Shown here: piece by piece, positions 19,091 to 28,029 of the stretch
Position numbering within the stretch: the stretch's first letter is position 1
Layout of the letters: each line of letters begins with the position of its first letter
Virus record (IMG/VR): IMGVR_UViG_3300027974_000039
Coordinates: 1-63,361 of that record
DNA: 63,361 bases
Source: a virus
Lineage: Duplodnaviria > Caudoviricetes
Direction: 5' to 3' (one strand)
The notes under the pieces: generated by a model
The model's database searches: none
The model's input: the letters and a program-made list of their open reading frames with translations, nothing else
What the model was told of the DNA's origin: nothing
Made by a program: the position numbers and the translations under genes

Positions 19091-21502
19091 ATGTCAACAG
19101 TAAGAATTCAAGTACGTAGAGGTTTATCTTCAGAATGGACCGCAGCAAATCCAGTATTGGCTGCAGGTGAAATGGGTGTTGAAACAAACACAAACAAATT
19201 TAAATTTGGTAATGGAACAGATGCATGGACTGCTCTTTCCTATGCGGCTTCAGATGCTGCAGCAATTGGTGAAATTTCCCAAGATGCTATCAATCAAGCA
19301 CTATCAGTAGGAGCAGGATTAACAAAGACTTATAATGATGGCGCAAATACAATTACTGTAACTGTAGATACAGATGTAGTTTCAACTAAAACATTTGCTA
19401 TTGCAGAAGCAACATCAAAAGCAGCCGCAGCACAAGCAGCAGCAGCATCCTATACAGATACTGCAGTTAGTGGAATAAATAACTCACTTACAGATTATTT
19501 AGAGGTTGCAGATAGAGGAGTAGCCAATGGAGTTGCTTCATTAAATAATTTAGGTAAGGTCCCAGAGGCACAATTAAATTTACAATCACTTTCAACAAAC
19601 GTAATTACTAGTGGTAACGTAACAGCAGAAAATGTAACAGTAAATGCTAATTTAATTGTTAATGGTACAACAACAACATTAAATACTCAAAATGTTTCTA
19701 TAGAAGATACACTTCTATATATTGCTGAAAATAATAATTCAAGCTCATTAGATTTAGGCTTTGTAGCTGGACATAACACTGGTGTATATAACCATACAGG
19801 ACTAGTAAGAGATGCTTCTGATAATAAATGGAAGCTTTTCAAAGATGTTACAGACGAACCAACAACAACAATAAATTTTGCTCAAGCTAATTTAGATAAT
19901 TTAGCATTATTTAACTTAGATTCAAATGCAATTCAGGCAGTTTCAATTACAGCAACTGGAACCGCAGCATTGCCAAATAGTTCAATTACAACCGCAAATA
20001 TTCAAAGCCAAGCAGTTACAGCAGAGAAGCTTGCAACAGATTCAGTTGAAACAGCAAAAATTAAAAATGGTGCCGTTACTGGAGCAAAATTAGAAGATAT
20101 GACAGTTACAGCAGCTAAGCTTGGAGCTTATGCAGTTACTAGCGGTAAAATTGAAGATGGTTCAGTTATTACAGGAAAGCTTGGAGCAGCATCAGTTACA
20201 GAAGATAAAATTGCAACAAATGCAATTACTGAACCTAAAATTGCAGCAGGTGCAGTTGTTGAAACAAAACTTGCATCAGGATCAGTAACATTAGCAAAGC
20301 TTGCAAGCGCTTCAGTTGATTCATCAAAGCTTGCAGCAGGATCAGTAACTTCTGCTAAAATTGCAGACAATTCAATTGTATTAGCTCACATGACAGATAA
20401 CTCTGTTGGAACTGTTGAAATTGTTGACTCAGCAATTACTGAGGCAAAACTTGCCGCAGCAGCAGTTGGCTCTACTAAAATTGCAACAGGCGCTGTATCA
20501 AATGCACATATTGCAGCGGAAGCAGCAATTGCAACATCAAAGATCTCAGGTCTTGATACAGCACTTGGATTACGGGCCCCACTTGCTTCACCAACATTTA
20601 CAGGAACAGTAGTTCTTCCAAGTACAACATCAATTGGAAATGTTTCCTCAACAGAGCTTGGATACGTAGATGGAGTTACATCTCCTATACAGACACAGCT
20701 TGCAGCAGGTACAACTGCTCTTGCAAATCACGAAGCAGATACAACAAACATTCACGGAATTTCAGATACTTCACTTCTAGCAACTACAGCAAATGTTGCT
20801 ACTGCTAAATCAGAAGCTATTACAGCAGCAGGTACTGCAGCAGATACAAAGGTATCTACAGCAGTGGCAGCACTTACAAAGTCTTCAGTAGGCCTTGCAA
20901 ATGTTGATAATACAGCCGATACAGCAAAGCCAGTATCTACAGCACAGGCTACAGCAATAGCAACTGCTAAATCAGAAGCAATTGCATCTGCAACAGCATC
21001 AGTCACAGCAGTTATAAATGGTGCACCAGCAGCATTTGATACACTTAAAGAAATTGCAGATTATATTGCAACAGATCAAAGTGCTGGTTCAGCATTAACT
21101 GCATCAGTTGCAACTAAAGCTCCTCTTGCCTCACCAACATTTACTGGAACAGTAACAGTTGGAGCAGCAGGGATTGTATTCTCTGATGGAACACAAACAC
21201 AAGCAGCAGTTCCTTCTATAACAACATTTGCATCATCTTTTGCAGCATCAGCAACACTTGCAGCAGGAGAACAAGATAAATTTGTACCAGTAGATGGAGC
21301 AGTAGTTATTACTCTTCCTGCAACAGGATATTCAACTGGACAGTCAATTGATTTCTACCAGGCTTCAGGCACAGGAGCATCATTTGCTTCAACAAACTCC
21401 GTAGTAGGAACACCAGGACTTAAGTTTAGAACTACAAACTCAGTTGTAACAGCAATGAAAACTTCAAGCGGATGGTTGGTCTTTGGAGACCTATCAGCGT
21501 AA
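19091..21502 (+). CDS. Fibre protein with Mtd_N-like domain and decapeptide repeats
   Basis: IQVRRG...W...NPVLAAGEMGVET; many V/I-T-x-x-K-I/L-A 10-aa repeats; APLASPTFTGT repeats. Confidence 0.8.
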   Translation: MSTVRIQVRRGLSSEWTAANPVLAAGEMGVETNTNKFKFGNGTDAWTALSYAASDAAAIGEISQDAINQALSVGAGLTKTYNDGANTITVTVDTDVVSTKTFAIAEATSKAAAAQAAAASYTDTAVSGINNSLTDYLEVADRGVANGVASLNNLGKVPEAQLNLQSLSTNVITSGNVTAENVTVNANLIVNGTTTTLNTQNVSIEDTLLYIAENNNSSSLDLGFVAGHNTGVYNHTGLVRDASDNKWKLFKDVTDEPTTTINFAQANLDNLALFNLDSNAIQAVSITATGTAALPNSSITTANIQSQAVTAEKLATDSVETAKIKNGAVTGAKLEDMTVTAAKLGAYAVTSGKIEDGSVITGKLGAASVTEDKIATNAITEPKIAAGAVVETKLASGSVTLAKLASASVDSSKLAAGSVTSAKIADNSIVLAHMTDNSVGTVEIVDSAITEAKLAAAAVGSTKIATGAVSNAHIAAEAAIATSKISGLDTALGLRAPLASPTFTGTVVLPSTTSIGNVSSTELGYVDGVTSPIQTQLAAGTTALANHEADTTNIHGISDTSLLATTANVATAKSEAITAAGTAADTKVSTAVAALTKSSVGLANVDNTADTAKPVSTAQATAIATAKSEAIASATASVTAVINGAPAAFDTLKEIADYIATDQSAGSALTASVATKAPLASPTFTGTVTVGAAGIVFSDGTQTQAAVPSITTFASSFAASATLAAGEQDKFVPVDGAVVITLPATGYSTGQSIDFYQASGTGASFASTNSVVGTPGLKFRTTNSVVTAMKTSSGWLVFGDLSA

Positions 21503-21525
21503 TCGGATTAAAGGAGAATATATAA

Positions 21526-22851
21526 ATGTCAAAACAAGCAGGTAGAATGAGCCAAGGAGCTAATGACTTCTTAGCTCCGTATGCTCCAACAATTGGTACA
21601 GCAACAAATGTAGGCTCAAGTAGAGCTTTCAATAATGGACGGGCAGATGTAACTTTTACAGCTGACTCAAGAAATGCTGCAGATTCATTTACTGTTACCT
21701 CTTCTCCAGGAAACTTTCTTGGAACTGGGGCATCATCTCCAATTTCAGTTACAGGCCTTCAGTCAGGAGTTGCTTACACATTTACAGTAACCGCAACAAA
21801 TGCAGCAGGAACATCAGCTCCATCTGAAGCATCTAATTCTGTTACAGCTACAACTGTACCTCAAGATCCACAAAGTGCAACTGCAACTGCAGGAATTAAT
21901 CAAAACACTATTTCTTGGACAGCTCCAAATAATGGTGGATCAGCAATAACAAATTATTATATTGTTGGAAATGATGGAACATCTGGTAACACAGCATCTA
22001 CATCAATAGTAATTGCAGATACTGCTAATACTTCTCAATATTATAATATTTATGCAGATAACGCTAATGGTAGATCAATTGCTTCAGGTAATACAGCCAC
22101 TATTACAACTCTAGCACCGTTCTTCCCACCGTTCTTCCCACCGTTCTTCCCACCGAGCTTCTTTGCTCCACCGTTCTTCCCACCGTTCTTCCCACCGAGC
22201 TTCTTTGCTCCACCGTTCTTCCCACCGTTCTTCCCACCGAGCTTCTTTGCTCCACCGAGCTTTTTTGCTCCACCGTTCTTCCCACCGTTCTTCCCACCGA
22301 GCTTCTTTGCCCCACCAAGCTTCTTTGCTCCACCAGGATTCTGGTTTGCCCCACCAAGCTTCTTTGCTCCACCAGGATTTAAGGGCAAGTGTTTATCACC
22401 AGACTCAGTAATATTTACTGCAGATGGATGGGTACAAGCTAAAAATATTAAAGTTGGAGATGCAATATTAACTATTGACGGAAGTCATATTAATCTTGAA
22501 TCAATAACTTCAAATAAAATTTCTGAATCACTTCCAGAAAATGTTAAATTTACAGATGGTCAAGTTGTTTCTGTTACAGAAAAAACTTCAACATTAATAG
22601 GATTTAATTACAGAGGAAAAGATTACTCAATTACTCAGCCAATATTTGTAAAAACCCCAGAAGGAATTACTTATAAAAATGCTGGAGAAATTGAAATAGG
22701 AGAAATAATCCTACATGTTGATTCTGAAGGATCAGTATCAGAGGTTCCAGTAACTTCAATAGAAAAGGATGAAGCAGAATCAACTGTTTATGATGTTAGA
22801 ACATCTCCACAGCCATGGTTTATAGTTAATTCCTTTATAGCAATAGCATAA
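21526..22851 (+). CDS. Fibronectin type III protein with PPFF repeats and C-terminal Hint domain
   Basis: GL.SGVAYTFTVTATNAAGTS and SWTAP.NGGSAITNY FN3 motifs; Hint from Cys289. Confidence 0.85.
   Translation: MSKQAGRMSQGANDFLAPYAPTIGTATNVGSSRAFNNGRADVTFTADSRNAADSFTVTSSPGNFLGTGASSPISVTGLQSGVAYTFTVTATNAAGTSAPSEASNSVTATTVPQDPQSATATAGINQNTISWTAPNNGGSAITNYYIVGNDGTSGNTASTSIVIADTANTSQYYNIYADNANGRSIASGNTATITTLAPFFPPFFPPFFPPSFFAPPFFPPFFPPSFFAPPFFPPFFPPSFFAPPSFFAPPFFPPFFPPSFFAPPSFFAPPGFWFAPPSFFAPPGFKGKCLSPDSVIFTADGWVQAKNIKVGDAILTIDGSHINLESITSNKISESLPENVKFTDGQVVSVTEKTSTLIGFNYRGKDYSITQPIFVKTPEGITYKNAGEIEIGEIILHVDSEGSVSEVPVTSIEKDEAESTVYDVRTSPQPWFIVNSFIAIA
22114..22380 (+). repeat. Pro/Phe coding tandem repeat (PPFF and PPSFFA units), copy 2
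   Basis: Same 12-nt and 18-nt units as 15226-15357, in a longer array. Confidence 0.95.
22587..22688 (+). repeat. 102-bp exact direct repeat, copy 2 (within Hint domain)
   Basis: Identical to 15564-15665. Confidence 0.9.
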
Positions 22852-22859
22852 ATATCTAT

Positions 22860-22893
22860 AAAAGAGGGGTGGCCTACAAGCTGCCCCTCTTTT
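22860..22893 (+). terminator. Intrinsic terminator
   Basis: AAAAGAGGGGTGGC-loop-GCTGCCCCTCTTTT. Confidence 0.8.
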
Positions 22894-22932
22894 GCTATTG
22901 TCTTTGTAAATTCAAAATGATACAATAAAGGT

Positions 22933-23646
22933 ATGACTACTACAAACAGCCCATATGGATTTTCATCAAAAGAAGAACTTTTCCCAGGAGTCTGGGTATA
23001 TAGAGATGTAATTAAAAAAGAATTAAATGTAATAGATAGACTTAACTCAATTGGAGAAGCATCTATCAGAGACAATGAATCAAGATTTAGTTGGACTTTT
23101 GGATTTGTTGGATACAGCGAAAAAAGACCTTCATACAGAGATTGTGAAGATATTAAAGTTGGAGAAATAAATAATCCAACAAATGAAACTCAAACGCTAG
23201 TTGCTGATTTGTGGTCTGATTTAAAAAAAGTACAAGATGTTGCAGTTCAAGATTATTGTAATAAATACAATGTAAAAATGAATTTTTGGGAAGTTATGAA
23301 TTGCATACGATATGGCAAAGGACAGCATTTTCAAGAGCATGCAGATCATGGATTTTCATATAGTGCAACAGTGTCTTTAGTAGCATATATAAATGATGAT
23401 TATGAAGGCGGTAATTTGTTTTTTCCTAAAATTGGCTTAGACATTAAGCCAAAAGCTGGAGACCTATATATTTTCCCATCTACCTATTTGTTTTCTCATA
23501 GAGCAATGCCAGTAATTGAAGGACAAAAATTTTCTATAGTTACGATGCTTGATTATAATGATCATGCCCACAAACAAGAGTTTTTTGAAGCAAGAGCCAG
23601 ATGGGTTGAAGAAGACGCAAAAACTGGCAAAAATTCTTATGCATAA
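22933..23646 (+). CDS. 2OG-Fe(II) oxygenase (prolyl 4-hydroxylase-like)
   Basis: HAD, YINDDYEGG, HRAMPV..GQKF. Confidence 0.9.
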   Translation: MTTTNSPYGFSSKEELFPGVWVYRDVIKKELNVIDRLNSIGEASIRDNESRFSWTFGFVGYSEKRPSYRDCEDIKVGEINNPTNETQTLVADLWSDLKKVQDVAVQDYCNKYNVKMNFWEVMNCIRYGKGQHFQEHADHGFSYSATVSLVAYINDDYEGGNLFFPKIGLDIKPKAGDLYIFPSTYLFSHRAMPVIEGQKFSIVTMLDYNDHAHKQEFFEARARWVEEDAKTGKNSYA

Positions 23647-24352
23647 AATTAAAGCCTATACTATAAGAGAAGGCTACGGAGAAGTTACGCCTCTTTCTAT
23701 TAAAAGAGAGTGGATGGATAATACTTATGATGCACATGCATACAAGTGTTTTCCAGTAGGCCTTACAAATCAATTAGGATGGGGAATATCTTTTCCAGAA
23801 GATATATCTTTTATATGGGATGGTATTTGCGATAGTACTCCAGATCATGTGAAAATTTTATCTGGAGAAAAATATGCTTATTCTGGAAGAGCTAATGGAA
23901 CAATAAGTTTTAATACAGGCTTAATGTTTGTTACAGATGAAAATACAAGTCTTTTATCTATGCCTGTCCCAAATTTATTTTTTGAAGGTGCTGTTCCATT
24001 TACAACTTTAGTAAGTACATCATTTTTCCCTGGGGAATTGCCGTGTGCTTGGATGATAACAAAAGCAAATGAAATTATAACAATTAAAGCGGGGACTCCA
24101 ATAATTGCAATATTACCTATAGATCTAGAAGGACTTCAAAACTCAGAAATTAACTTTGAGCCTATGTCATCGGCACCTCAGCAAAAATTTGATTCAACTG
24201 AATATTCAAATGTTGTTTATAATCTTAATAGATCAGCTACTTGGTCTAATTTTTATAGAGATGCAGTAGATCATTTAAAAAACAGTATAGGGAAACATCA
24301 AATTAAAGCAATAAGACTAAAGGTAAATAATGAAAACAATACAAGTTTATAA
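23639..24352 (+). CDS. DUF6065-like protein
   Basis: REWMD....HAYKCFP...N.LGW.I.FP....FIWDG; start placed at ATG 23639 overlapping the previous stop. Confidence 0.75.
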   Translation: MHKIKAYTIREGYGEVTPLSIKREWMDNTYDAHAYKCFPVGLTNQLGWGISFPEDISFIWDGICDSTPDHVKILSGEKYAYSGRANGTISFNTGLMFVTDENTSLLSMPVPNLFFEGAVPFTTLVSTSFFPGELPCAWMITKANEIITIKAGTPIIAILPIDLEGLQNSEINFEPMSSAPQQKFDSTEYSNVVYNLNRSATWSNFYRDAVDHLKNSIGKHQIKAIRLKVNNENNTSL

Positions 24353-25025
24353 AACAGGCGGTCCAGAAACAATTTTATCCCCACTTGAAACAGATAGAGA
24401 GTGGATGCATGAAAATAAATATGGCTATAATTGTTTTCCAATAACTCTTCCAAACAAAATGGGTTGGGCAATATCTTTTCCAAAAGATATATCTTTTATT
24501 TGGCATGGTAGCAATAAGCAAGGTCCCGATGGTGATATAGAAATTTTATCTGGAGAAGAACATTGTTATTTTGAAAGAGGCGGTGGAGTTATTGGATTTC
24601 CCACTAATCTAGTTTTTAAAACAGAAGAAGACTTAAGCATAGTAACAATGCCAGTTCCAAATCAATTTATAGATGGAGCTCAATGTTTTACATCAATTTT
24701 ATCAAGTTCATTTTACACTGGAGCACTACATGTAGTTTGGAAAGTAACTTCTCCTAACAAAATTATAACAATAAAGGCTGGCACCCCTGTTGCAGCCGTA
24801 TTGCCAATTTCACTAAAAGAGATAAATAATATAAAGGCAGTTATTTCAGAAGAATCAATTTCAGATACGGTTCATGATGGAGATTACGTTGATGCCATGA
24901 CCAAATATGGAATGGATAATATGAGAACTTCAGATTGGTATAAAAAAGGAATAGATCATAAAGGTAATATAGTAGGAAAACATGAAATAACAAGCTTTAA
25001 ATTTGAAGTAGAAGAAAGAAAATGA
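24330..25025 (+). CDS. DUF6065-like protein (paralog)
   Basis: REWMH....GYNCFP...N.MGW.ISFP.DISFIW.G; ITIKAGTP shared with the preceding gene. Confidence 0.75.
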   Translation: MKTIQVYKTGGPETILSPLETDREWMHENKYGYNCFPITLPNKMGWAISFPKDISFIWHGSNKQGPDGDIEILSGEEHCYFERGGGVIGFPTNLVFKTEEDLSIVTMPVPNQFIDGAQCFTSILSSSFYTGALHVVWKVTSPNKIITIKAGTPVAAVLPISLKEINNIKAVISEESISDTVHDGDYVDAMTKYGMDNMRTSDWYKKGIDHKGNIVGKHEITSFKFEVEERK

Positions 25026-25080
25026 TTATATGGTAAAATTAGATAAACAGCACTTTTTATGTATTATGAAGAGGAAATAA

Positions 25081-25755
25081 ATGAAACCGTCAAATGCTTG
25101 GTCACATGAACCACCAAAGTCTATAACTCCATCTGGATTTTTTGGAAACTCAATAGATAACATTGTTGAAATAAAAGATTTTTTAAGTTTAGATGAACGC
25201 AAGCGTCTAATGGACTTTGCTCTGAATAATAAAATTTGGGATATAACTGAAACTCACAGAGATGCAGATGGATTAGTTTTGTATGATCACACTGTTTGGG
25301 AAGACAGAGTATGCACTTATAATTCTTTAATGGCTTCAGATCCTTCTATATTAGATTTGATTTATAGCATGATTAATAGATTAAAAATAGAAGTAGATGC
25401 ATTTTTTAATGTTGATGCAAAAGAAACTGGACCTGCAATTGTTAGATGGCCCATTGGAGCTCGTCAGGAACCACACGCAGATAAAGAATTTCATTCTGGC
25501 CCAGAAAAAGGAAGAGCAAATGACTTCCCTTGGTATGACCTAGCTGGACTATTTTATTTTAATGATGATTATGAAGGTGGAGAATTATATTTTCCACAGC
25601 ATGGAATTGAATTTCAGCCAGTTGCAGGAGCAGCATATTTTTTCCCAGGTGATATGTATTATACACACGGTGTCCGCCCAGTAAAATCTGGAAATAGATT
25701 TACATCGCCATTTTTTTGGACGATAAATAAACATACAGGAGAAAAACAGCCATGA
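25081..25755 (+). CDS. 2OG-Fe(II) oxygenase
   Basis: HAD, YFNDDYEGGEL, HGVRPV..GNRF. Confidence 0.9.
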   Translation: MKPSNAWSHEPPKSITPSGFFGNSIDNIVEIKDFLSLDERKRLMDFALNNKIWDITETHRDADGLVLYDHTVWEDRVCTYNSLMASDPSILDLIYSMINRLKIEVDAFFNVDAKETGPAIVRWPIGARQEPHADKEFHSGPEKGRANDFPWYDLAGLFYFNDDYEGGELYFPQHGIEFQPVAGAAYFFPGDMYYTHGVRPVKSGNRFTSPFFWTINKHTGEKQP

Positions 25756-26603
25756 GTGAATTAAGCTATATAGAACTTTATCCAAAAATTGATGTATACA
25801 GAAATGTATTAGAAGATCCAGAAGCTTTATATAAAACTATGAATAAATCTGAAAAAACTTCTGAAGGCAAATATTTTTTAAAGACTTGGGATCCATGGGC
25901 ACATTTTGGAACTTACACACAAAAAAAAGATATAAGAGAAGTTGCTGATGATGTTTTGTCACATGAAATGTTTATTGAAGAAAAAAAGTTTGTTGAAGAT
26001 GTAGAGTCTGCATATAATAAAGTTATTTTAGATTATGTTGAAAGACATAAAATTAACCTTCCAGAAGGGTGGAGATTTAGCGGAGCTTCATATTCTAAAT
26101 ATAATGCAGGAATAAATAATTTAAATAATAATTTAACAATGCAATATCATACAGATCATATTACATCACAAAGAGATATGCCTGGAGATAAATTTTTTAT
26201 AACCTGTACAATGTATATAAATGATGATTATGATGGTGGAGATATTGAATTTTATATTGATGGGACAATAATTAATCATAAGCCTAAGCCTGGAGACATA
26301 TTGGTATTTCCATCTACTCAACCATATTATCATGGTGTTAAAACAATTAACACAAATGAAAAGTTTTTTGTTAGAAACTTTATTATGACTCCTCACAATG
26401 GAACAGAAGAATGGCTTGCAAACCAAAGAAAATTTGGTGCTTACAGATGGGCAAAAATGGAACAAGAAAGAATAGACAATGAGGATAAAAGAAATATGCT
26501 TTATTTTAATGATGGCGTATTAGTTTCTTACGAAGATCATATTAAAAAACAATTTGGTAGCGAAGAAAAATTACATGACCAGTATCCAAAGGAGATGATG
26601 TAA
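25752..26603 (+). CDS. 2OG-Fe(II) oxygenase
   Basis: HTD, YINDDYDGGDI, HGVKTI...EKF. Confidence 0.9.
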   Translation: MSELSYIELYPKIDVYRNVLEDPEALYKTMNKSEKTSEGKYFLKTWDPWAHFGTYTQKKDIREVADDVLSHEMFIEEKKFVEDVESAYNKVILDYVERHKINLPEGWRFSGASYSKYNAGINNLNNNLTMQYHTDHITSQRDMPGDKFFITCTMYINDDYDGGDIEFYIDGTIINHKPKPGDILVFPSTQPYYHGVKTINTNEKFFVRNFIMTPHNGTEEWLANQRKFGAYRWAKMEQERIDNEDKRNMLYFNDGVLVSYEDHIKKQFGSEEKLHDQYPKEMM

Positions 26604-26604
26604 C

Positions 26605-27357
26605 ATGGAAAGAGATATGATTATAACAAGACATAAGTCAGATATTGTAACTTATGAAAACTTTCTTACTCCAGAAGAATGCAAATCTGTAATTGAAGTT
26701 TTAGCAATTAAAATGGAAAAAGAAGAATTAAAATGGATGCCAATTTCTTTTTATGAGTCTTATTCTTCTGGTATGCCAGAAGTAAATGACCCAGATACAA
26801 TTGCATGCGGATTACCAGGAGATTTTTTTCAAGTATTGAGACAGCGAGTCATTGATGCAACAGCAGATATGGCAGGTAAAAATCCTGAGCAGATGTCGCA
26901 AATAAGCTGGCACTCTCAAAGATGGGCACCTGGAGCATTTGCTAATATGCACTCAGATAATACAGACAATGAAGGAAAATCTGGTGCATTTACTAGAAGT
27001 AGATATGCAACATTTATTTATTTAAATGATGACTTTGAAGATGGCATATTAAACTTTAAACATGGTCTCACCATTGTGCCAAAAACTGGGTTAATGGCAA
27101 CATTTGCTGGTGGATTTGAAAATACTCATGAAGTTACAACAGTCAAGAAAAATATTAGATATACGCTGGGATCTTTTTGGGATGATAGAGAAGAGTCAGA
27201 TTATCCACAAGAAATAAGAGATGCTTGGGCCACAGAGCTTGCAGAAGTTAGAGCTCATCAAAAAATAGAAGCTGTTGAGTGGGAAGAAATTCGTAATAAA
27301 GGATTAAGAATAACTAATGCTGGAGAAACTTATCCAGCTTCAGAAGTGGAGAACTAG
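26605..27357 (+). CDS. 2OG-Fe(II) oxygenase
   Basis: NFLTPEEC, HSD, YLNDDFEDG, HEVTTV...IRY. Confidence 0.9.
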   Translation: MERDMIITRHKSDIVTYENFLTPEECKSVIEVLAIKMEKEELKWMPISFYESYSSGMPEVNDPDTIACGLPGDFFQVLRQRVIDATADMAGKNPEQMSQISWHSQRWAPGAFANMHSDNTDNEGKSGAFTRSRYATFIYLNDDFEDGILNFKHGLTIVPKTGLMATFAGGFENTHEVTTVKKNIRYTLGSFWDDREESDYPQEIRDAWATELAEVRAHQKIEAVEWEEIRNKGLRITNAGETYPASEVEN

Positions 27358-27358
27358 T

Positions 27359-28009
27359 ATGGAAAATAATATTGAATTTAAACAATTTCAAATGTTTGAC
27401 CTAAAACCACTTTCAAATGATATCTGGTATTGGGAAAATGTACTAAGTTTTCCAGAAGACCTAAAAAAATTTATTGATACTATAGATGATGAACCAGAAT
27501 CTTATTCAAGAATATCAAAATGGGAAAATTGGACGGCAAGCAATGATAGTAGTCTTGTATATGGCAAAACAAAAGTTATCAACAAAGATAATTTAAAAAT
27601 TTCTACTGGGTCAGACTCTATAGATAAAAGAACATTATACATTGCTAATAGTATTTTAATGGCATTTGAAATGTGCACAGAAAGATATTTAGCTATACGT
27701 AATTTAGATAAAAATAATTATAATTTAAATCTTGATAGAATTACTATTAAAGCATGGAATGAAGGACAGTCCATGGGCCCACATTTTGATGGTCAAGATG
27801 GAAATAAAGATTTGGCATTTTCTTTGGTTGCATATATTAATGATGACTATGAAGGCGGAGAAATTAGCTTTCCAAATCATAATATTACTATTAAGCCAAA
27901 GGCTGGAAGTTTAATAATGTTCCCATCGCAAGAGCCATATATTCATGAAGTAAAACCAATTACATCTGGTACTAGATATATGAGCCCTGCACACGTATAT
28001 ATTAAGTAG
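27359..28009 (+). CDS. 2OG-Fe(II) oxygenase
   Basis: HFD, YINDDYEGGEI, HEVKPI..GTRY; start placed at ATG 27359. Confidence 0.9.
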   Translation: MENNIEFKQFQMFDLKPLSNDIWYWENVLSFPEDLKKFIDTIDDEPESYSRISKWENWTASNDSSLVYGKTKVINKDNLKISTGSDSIDKRTLYIANSILMAFEMCTERYLAIRNLDKNNYNLNLDRITIKAWNEGQSMGPHFDGQDGNKDLAFSLVAYINDDYEGGEISFPNHNITIKPKAGSLIMFPSQEPYIHEVKPITSGTRYMSPAHVYIK

Positions 28010-28029
28010 ATCGGTGGTATAATAAAAAA

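Noticed and set aside
15226-22380. PPFF arrays as CRISPR arrays
   Set aside because: The units are contiguous, in-frame coding repeats with no unique spacers, and there are no cas genes
10843-22851. Diversity-generating retroelement (Mtd_N domains plus a 102-bp repeat pair)
   Set aside because: No reverse transcriptase in the window; both copies are coding and identical rather than differing at adenines; only the Mtd N-terminal domain is present
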